NCBI GenBank assembly: GCA_964035545.1
Contig: OZ037768.1
Span: 16,599,875 to 16,663,874, forward strand
Direction of reading: 5' to 3'
Length of the DNA stretch: 64,000 nucleotides
Source of the DNA: Bugula neritina
Taxonomy: Eukaryota > Animalia > Bryozoa
The notes beneath the pieces were generated by a model. That model was not told where the DNA came from. It made no database searches and was given only the letters and a program-made list of their open reading frames with translations. Below, one piece after another: positions 55,765-64,000 of this stretch (within the stretch, counting starts at the first letter, position 1; the number at the start of each line of letters is the position of its first letter). Made by a program: the position numbers and the translations under genes.

Positions 55765-56520
55765 ACTCGGTGTACAAGTAAGTATACTTAGTATAAGAGT
55801 AAGTATATTATACTCAGTGTAGGAGTAAGTATACTATACTCAGTGTATATGTAAGTATACTTAGTGTAGGAGTAAGTATATTATACCCAGTGTATATGTA
55901 AGTATACTTAGTGTAGGAGTAAGTATATTATACTCAGTGTATATGTAAGTATACTTAGTGTAGGAGTAAGTATATTATACTCAGTGTATATGTAAGTATA
56001 CTTAGTGTAGGAGTAAGTATATTATACTCAGTGTATATGTAAGTATACTTAGTGTAGGAGTAAGTATATTATACTCAGTGTATATGTAAGTATACTTAGT
56101 GTAGGAGTAAGTATATTATACTCAGTGTAGAAGTAAGTATATTATACTCAGTGTAGGAGTAAGTATACTATACTCAGTGTATATGTAAGTATACTTAGTG
56201 TAGGAGTAAGTATATTATACCCAGTGTATATGTAAGTATACTTAGTGTAGGAGTAAGTATATTATACTCAGTGTATATGTAAGTATACTTAGTGTAGGAG
56301 TAAGTATATTATACTCAGTGTATATGTAAGTATACTTAGTGTAGGAGTAAGTATATTATACTCAGTGTATATGTAAGTATACTTAGTGTAGGAGTAAGTA
56401 TATTATACTCAGTGTATATGTAAGTATACTTAGTGTAGGAGTAAGTATATTATACTCAGTGTAGAAGTAAGTATATTATACTCAGTGTAGGAGTGAGTGC
56501 ATAAATACTGAGTGTGCAGG
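55765..56520. repeat. Minisatellite of 21- and 26-bp monomers (47-bp dimer) with a 334-bp higher-order period
   Basis: TATACTCAGTGTATATGTAAG + TATACTTAGTGTAGGAGTAAGTATAT; diagnostic variants recur 334 bp apart. Confidence 0.93.
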
Positions 56521-56946
56521 AATGTAGCTATACTTAGTGCACAGGTGAATTCTTTGTAGTTTTCATTCTATGTGTAATCCACAAAAGAGTAGAAATTGAA
56601 AATTGTCTGTTGATTATTGTGCAAGATTAATTTGCTTGCTGTAAACCTTTTCACTGCTGCGTTTAAAAAAATATTATAGATACTTTATTAAAAAAGAATA
56701 TATTATTGCAAGTATATTTATTACATAAAATAAAAATATAATGTTTGTATATGTGCCTGTATTGTAACTGTTATTCAGCGTTTACACATTTATTTAATTC
56801 AAACTATATAAAGTTGAAGTTCAATTGTTAGTTATTTATAGTGTTAAAGTTGCTCTGATGGCTTTATCATTTCAATTGTCAATGACGTACACATGTGTTG
56901 TTTTAGGCTTCTTCAAAGAGGGTTTAAAATAATTGAGTTATAAAGT

Positions 56947-59900
56947 ATGCTGCATCAGAGTGTAGAAAGAAAAGGTAGTTTACTGGCAAGATTCATAGTA
57001 GATCATCTGAGAGATTACACGGATCAGGTAAGGCTAATGTAACACACAACACAGTGCAGAGGTAGTAGTTTATTTATTCCTGTATTTCAAACTATAATTA
57101 GAGAAACCAGAATCATGATGCTCTAATATAGGCAAAATATGTGCATAGCTCGACATGACAATCAATATTATCCTTTCTATGTTGTTGGTTTTTTTCTTAA
57201 CAAAAAATATAAATACAAATACAAATGTTCGTAAACATATAATTTTTAATATTAATAACAAACTTTGATTATACATTTTATATATAACACTGTCTGGCAT
57301 GACTCAATTTTCCAACTCCAAGTGATGCTCTTTCAACTCTGGGATCATTTGAAAATGAAACGATTCAATTGTTATATAATGATATTGCTATGGTAACATG
57401 ATACAGCCAGTTCTCTTACTTTACAAATCAAGTTATATTTTATTAGAGCTCAACCAAGCTTAAAATATGTTATCCTTCACAATCTACTAAAAAAAATTGT
57501 AACTATAACTATAACTGCACTTGCAAGTGCTGTTTTCAATCTTTTAAATTTTATAATCATAAGCAGAAATAAAAGCTTAGTACAACGTAAAGCATGTTTT
57601 TAGCAACCTATAACACATATTAAACATTAAACTGTAAGCAATAGAAGCAATCACTGCAAAGTTAAAGTCGTTGTTAGTCTAAGTATTGTTTTTCCTCAAT
57701 CTTTACTTATTGGCAGCATTTCAGTAAACAGTGTGTTACCGTCGACTGGTTGTCTGTACAAGAAATAGTAAATGAAACTAAACTTTTCTGATACTTTTAC
57801 TGCCGCAGTTTTTACTTAACCTTAATTACTTTAGGTCAGAGTATCCCAAGCCCAAAACCCACACTCACTCAGTTGCATCTCCTTTGTCAATAGAGATGTG
57901 AATTCTTGTTACGCTAATTAATAGTTTAAAGTTTGGGTTCTGAAACAACTGCTAGACTTAGTGAGAACTGAGTTAATACCTTTTTGCTATATTTTTGTCT
58001 GAAATCTCAACTTGCTTTATTTCACAAACTCTTTAAATGTGAGGCATGCAGTCAAACTTTGTAACCCAAAGTCTGCTAAAATTTATGAGATACTTGAATT
58101 AACATACATATGCTATCTTATTCTTATAGGATGAAATATAAGAACAAGAACAATTATAAAATTAGAACTCTATCACTCGATCCTCAAATTTGAACGTACA
58201 AAGTTAGAAGATTTCATTATTTCTATAAATTCCAAACTGCATTGACAAGCATAAATTTTGCAGTTTTACTGTAAAAAGTCAATGGATGTGTCAAATCTCA
58301 AAGCTCAAACTTTTATTATCAAAGGTTTGAATAACAACATTTTAGTGTTGTCATTGTAGTTTTGTAGCGATTTTATACTGCAGTCATCTTGAAAGTTAAG
58401 GGTTTGGCAAGTAATTAAGAGGCAACAGTATAGCTTGAGTTATTGTGATTATCTCCCTCTATTCATGTGTTAACAAGACTCTATAATCTATATTATGCCT
58501 AATGCCAACTGATTTACAAAAAGGCCGTTGTAGATGCTTAAGGTCATACCACATTTGCCTAAGGTCATTAAATGCTCTGGAACCACGCTATTGTCTTGTA
58601 TTATAATAGAATGTTGAAAAAATATTTCATTTTTATAAACTTTCCATGCACTTAGATACAGATAGTGCCATAACAAAGAAAAGCCCATTATAATGCTTGT
58701 TTTGACAGGTCAAAGAAAATTTATCTCTATATCTGAACACAGCAGAAAAGATTAGAGTCAAGATTTCGAGAAACTCCTTTACACTTACTGATCGAACTGT
58801 ATTCCATAATAAGATAGAGAGAATACCAATCAGCCTGATCAAAGAATGTGAGGTGAGATTATTAATACTCATTGTAATAGAATTCACGTAACATCACAGG
58901 TTGCTATTCACATTTAAATGACTTCTGTCATGAGATTTACCATAGTGAGCTGTGATTTTTAATAATCAGATATATAATATCTAGATATGCAAATGTATAA
59001 AACAACCATTTGATATTATAACATTTATGCCTACACTACTTCAACTAAATATATCTATTTACAAAAACTCTTAGAAACAGAATAGTCTACTAAGATTTAT
59101 AAAAATCGTTTTTACAAAGTACTGAAGCTTACAATTTCTATTATAACTTTTCCACCATATTAAACCATTGGTATTTTTCCTTAAACAAATAGTCAGTGTC
59201 ATATTATAAAGATCAGCTGATAAAGTTGGCAGATTACACCCATCATTACTTTACCCTTACTTCTTTTCATCTTCAGCACATGCCCAGTCAACTTCTTACG
59301 CCCGTCGATCATGTCAAGTTGACTAAATAGTGTTTATAATTATCAGCAGTTGGCTTCTTTATCTTCAAGTTAAGATTACAGAATTAAGTTGAGAGTATGT
59401 AGATTTGCAGTCATTCAAAATAAATAATTTTTACACTATTTTCTTTGTTTATCGAAAGCTTCAATAAATTTTTAGGCGAATATGGTAAATCTCACATCAC
59501 CTCCTTTCATCACTCAATTTATAGCTGTAGATCTGAAACTTACATTATTCCAATCATGTTTGCATGCTACTTGTTCAGTATATAATGTCTTTAGTGAGTG
59601 TTAAGTATTCCTTTTCAAAGTGTAGATAGTAAAATATAGCTACATATCAGAGTGTATGTACCATCTATATAAAATATTTCATAACTTCAAAACTGCTTAT
59701 AGCTGTTGGCATCCTTCTAGAGTCAACTTTCTTTTTTAGCATGTTACACTAGCTGATATATGAAAGTGAGGCAGGGACAAATTTCTGTTGTGTGTCTGTT
59801 ATTTTGAATTATTTGTGAGAACCAATTTTACATTTCTTTTTAGTCCTAACAAAGATAGCATGCATAATTAGAGATCATAGTTGATCCACCCACTTGATCT

Positions 59901-62900
59901 AAACAGCTATTATAAGCATATTAGGTTATGTTGCAAAAATATTACAAAAAATATTTGATTAGCAAACTTTTATTTATACCTATTCCAAAAAAGAGAGGTA
60001 ATAACTAATGAACTGAGCAGTAGCCCTTCAAACCTTATTACTAGCCTCAGTTTCTATTTCTCAACTGTTCTACATATCGCATTCAGTGGGCAGTTTTTGT
60101 GCCTGATGCTTCTGTTCTGTCAAGGTTACAGCTCTTAATTAGGCACATGACAATTAGTAAAAGAATGAGTAGAATAGAGACTTTCTAAATTATTCTAGGT
60201 AAAAGTATTTATGTAAACTTAATAGAAAATCCTTATTGGAGTTGTCTGACTTTGAAGTCTATTGCCCAGCATATATAACTAACTGATTAGGATAGGAAAA
60301 TAAGCCACTGAAAATGCATTATGAATTATTAGTTCTAAAATATTGGTGTGAATCACCAGAAATATGAAACTTCACAGTTTTCTGTTATCACTAAAAAGTT
60401 AAGATTTATTAAAATCCAAATATAATTTTAAAGACATAATTATTTTAAGGATAATTGCATTAAAAAAAAATTCTGAAAATAAAAGTGTCTTATAAATGCA
60501 TTAGATAAAATTCAATAATATTTCAACGATGATTTTTTTTAAATTTTTTGTCTTCATGAACTACTAAGCACCAAGCTTTCTAATAATAATATTAACAGTT
60601 CTAGGCAGACCAAATTGCAATGATTCATATGTCATATTAGACATGCATGCAAAGCTATATTACATGTAGTCTATACTCTATATAGGCTATAGGTAAACTT
60701 GCTTGTTACATTCAAAAAATTTAAATACATGCCTGACAATTACTTTAATATACATATTGTTATAGACTATACAATTATAGTGAGGCCCAGTTGTTAGGAT
60801 TACAAGTAGAAAAACACCATTTTGAAAAGAGACAACAATTTCAATATCATAATTTCTTGTTTTAATTACCTAACGTCTATAGAATTATTGCACCTAAGTT
60901 CTTTGCATGTGAAATCACAATGTCTTTGAAAAATTTCTTTTAGTATTAGAGCATATAGTATTAAGAATTTTCAATCTACTGATATGTTATAACAAAACAA
61001 TACAAGTGTTGATGTGCACAGACCTGGGTCAATGTAAGTTCTTGGCAGCTACCTGTGGTAACTATAAGCTATGAGGAGCTTTCAGCAATTTCTATGTGAT
61101 TGACGCTTGAAAAGACATTGCCAGATTTAAGAAAATATGATGGCATATGCTATGTATAGCAAGCAACAGTTTCACTGCTGAACTTCTAGAAAACTATAAT
61201 TTGCATTACAAACTTCCTTAGTAATTGCTTTCATAAAAATTTTGAATTCTCACAAAAGTCTACTTTCTTAATACTGTTTACTTGTAGTTAATAGTAGATT
61301 GAACTACTTTTAGGTGGACCACGTGAGCCCAAAGATATGTTACTTCGCCAATGAAACTGTATCAAGCAAATACCAAGTGATAGTTCTTTTATGTAAAACA
61401 GCGGATGATTCCTTCCGAATTGTCAATCTGATAAAGCAGAAAGTCAAGACCCAAGGCTATTACAAAGCGCACAGTCAATGGCTACAAAAGGGTACTTTTT
61501 CGACTGACAATGAACAAACAACTCCGCAATCTAAACGGCGAACTCTTGCCTCAGTTGAGGTTGTGAGCAGCCCCAAAGAATACAAAAAATATGCTTGGGG
61601 GTTACGGCAAAGCCCCAGCATTAACTCATCTCGAGCACAGTCTACACGAAGCTCTACAGGGGAAAGTCTTAGAAGTCAGCCAACTCACAAGGGTCAAGGT
61701 CATAAGCATGCCAACAAAAGTTTAGAAGACAATTTCTCTAAATGCTCAGGGTATAGTCAAATGTGCCGCACTGATTCAATGCGTAGCAGCAAATCTTCTT
61801 TAACAAAAAGTAGAAAGAGTAACTCTTTACTTGTGAGTCAACCAACTCCAGCCACTGGCAAACATAGCGATGGTAAGGGAGTGTTAGTCCTAGCCAATAG
61901 AAAACCTGTTATTCACAGTTATCAAAGATCTTCTTCTTGTGACAAACCAACTTCTGATAGAGATTCTCGCGACAGCATCAAACAGGATGTGGTGATGAGA
62001 AAAGTGAGGGGCCGGTACAGGGATCCACTTTCAGGTACAGTATAATAGAATAACTAATAGCAAATACTCTATTGCCTTTTATAAATTAAAGACAATATAA
62101 TGTAGTTATGACTAAGAGTTGAAACTTGATATAGAATTAACAGCTTATTATAGTAAAATATTTTATGTATTTATAATATATGAGGTTTGCATATGTAATT
62201 ACAGTAAAAGATAGTTTAGCAGTTAGCTCAATGCCAATAGGTTTCATCAAGTCGGCCAATCAGTTCCTTGTTATATAAGAACAATAGAATGTTTTAAATA
62301 GCTTATTAAGTCATTCATCCTGTGTATATCAGTTGCTATGGCAACTTGTTATACTTTAAAACTTATATATTGCAATTTATAAGCTGCCAATGAAAAAATA
62401 TGCAACGAATAAATAATAAAACATGATTACTTTTCATCATGTTATACACTCAATTTGATATAATAATCATATAAACCAGTTAATTCATTTTTGAATAGTA
62501 GATACTAAACAATAATAAATTCTACTAAGTTGTTGTGAAAGTCTATTGCATCTCAGTACACAAACTACCTGCCAGTATACTAAGCATAAACACACTGGCA
62601 GGTTTGCTGCTATTAGTTTAGTATTTAAAGCACTCGCACAAATGCCTGCCTGTATACAGCATAAGTAATTTAATTGCACTATATTAGCAAGTTAGACTGT
62701 ATGTATGATATATAATATAATATTGATATATGTACTGGCAATAACAAACCCCATCAGTGCATTTCTCGTTTGCACTGCACCTCCACACACAAATACTGGA
62801 AGGTGTAGCTGGGCTGTAATGGATAATTTTACATAATTACAACATGTTCAAGACGTGAGTACAACTTTATTAACTGTTTCATAAGATGCGTGGTAAAGCA

Positions 62901-63349
62901 TCACAAATTTTCTATTATATCAACAAATATTTTCATCAATGTATATAAATATCTGGGATATCAATACAAATTATTAGCTCAATGCAAAATCTAGGCTATT
63001 ATTTTAATACTTGTTGTTTTATAAGCCTACTTGCTATGGTCAGAAAGATAGGCATAAAGATTTCAGTATATTCTTATTTTGGTCAATGGTGAAAATTTTT
63101 GTTGATAACGAAAACTATTGGGCATTTGCAAATACTACACGGTGAACTTGTACAGTGGCACACACATGTATGTGTAAATTAACTAACAAATAAATAAATA
63201 GATATAGCTACAGCCTACAGAGTTCAAAAACAGAGTATAAGTTATATTATATATACATGTATATTATATAATACTTGTATATACACACAAGGTGAAAGTC
63301 ATTATTTTGCAGATACATTTCTACAGGCTTATTCTACTACCATTTATAA
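56947..63349 (+). CDS. PTB/PH-like domain protein with Ser/Lys/Arg-rich tail; exons 56947-57027, 58709-58852, 61314-62034, probably 63327-63349
   Basis: GT-AG exons in matching phase: MLHQSVERKGSLLARFIVDHLRDYTDQ|VKENLSLYLNTAEKIRVKISRNSFTLTDRTVFHNKIERIPISLIKECE|VDHVSPKICYFANETVSSKYQVIVLLCKTADDSFRIVNLIKQ...YRDPLSG|LFYYHL*. The strand/terminal-helix pattern fits PTB; the last exon is tentative. Confidence 0.7.
62332..62345. promoter_or_regulatory. RFX X-box-like near-palindrome
   Basis: GTTGCTATGGCAAC; a weaker ATTGCTATGGTAAC lies at 57384-57397. Confidence 0.45.
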
Positions 63350-64000
63350 CTGTGGGATTTTATTAAAACAATCTGCATCTATTGCATAATGAAGAAAGAT
63401 ATAATGTTGCATGTAGTTTTACATTTATCATTATTACAACAGACTGAAAGAATGTCCATATAAGTTTCTCACTAAACACTTGCATAGGCAAACCATTTCT
63501 TCATTCCTGTGAATTTGATTATGCTTTTATTACTTGCTTATTAAGGTATGGAAGTTCTAATCACCGACTCAAAATATACAACAGTTTAGTTCATATAGAA
63601 TCAAGTATGCAGAGCTGAAGGATAACCCAATAACTAGATAATTAATTACCTTATCAGCTGCTATAATATAATGTCAGTCAGCAAACTCACCCATATTCAC
63701 CTGTAGGCTATGCAGTAATATGATATGTAACATAACAATATAATATCTTCATGTGTTCAAATGAGTAAACAACCTATAATACATACATTGCTAAAAATTC
63801 ACCTCTTCAATATAAACTTGTTATACAAAAAAATTCAATCAAAATTTGTTTGCTACAATCATATTGCTGTATCTGTTTCTAGCAACTGGAACAATTTATT
63901 GGAATTTTATACGAAAATATTGCTTGATAAATAGATTATCATGCGACTGCAATACAATACATGCATATATGTGTTCGTGTGTGCATGCACATTTTCAAGA

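Noticed and set aside
55765-56520. CRISPR-like regular array
   Set aside because: No unique spacers, no cas genes, eukaryotic context; it is a tandem minisatellite.

Overview
AT-rich metazoan (probably invertebrate) genomic DNA with spliceosomal introns; the taxon cannot be fixed from sequence alone. The first ~51 kb is a segmentally duplicated and inverted cluster of C2H2 zinc-finger genes. There are five copies: A (+, 7 fingers, late frameshift), B (-, 4 fingers, intact), C and D (-, deleted/truncated) and E (+, 9 fingers, late frameshift). All share a micro-exon (MSVxPP) and a separate exon encoding an unrecognised conserved N-terminal region ending PEEPDVPLSEVISEAFQVLG; in A, B and E all fingers lie in one last exon, i.e. 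KRAB/ZAD-like architecture without an obvious KRAB/ZAD/SCAN/BTB. A second, unrecognised acidic exon-repeat family (WYPEMIGRELEESSDCES...DIEVSDDEKYGCIKPRL) was co-duplicated with these genes. Transposons in the cluster: a decayed Gypsy LTR element (tRNA-Leu PBS) with an extra 3' ORF (acidic region, zinc fingers, coiled coil); a 3.7-kb Sola2-like element with ~1.14-kb TIRs; and an intact Penelope-like element whose terminal repeats carry hammerhead ribozymes, inside an intron of copy E. Also present: a Ly6/three-finger gene, a PTB-like-domain gene at the right end, a ~1.18-kb perfect (TG)n tract and a higher-order minisatellite. All calls come from reading the sequence by eye; no database search was run.
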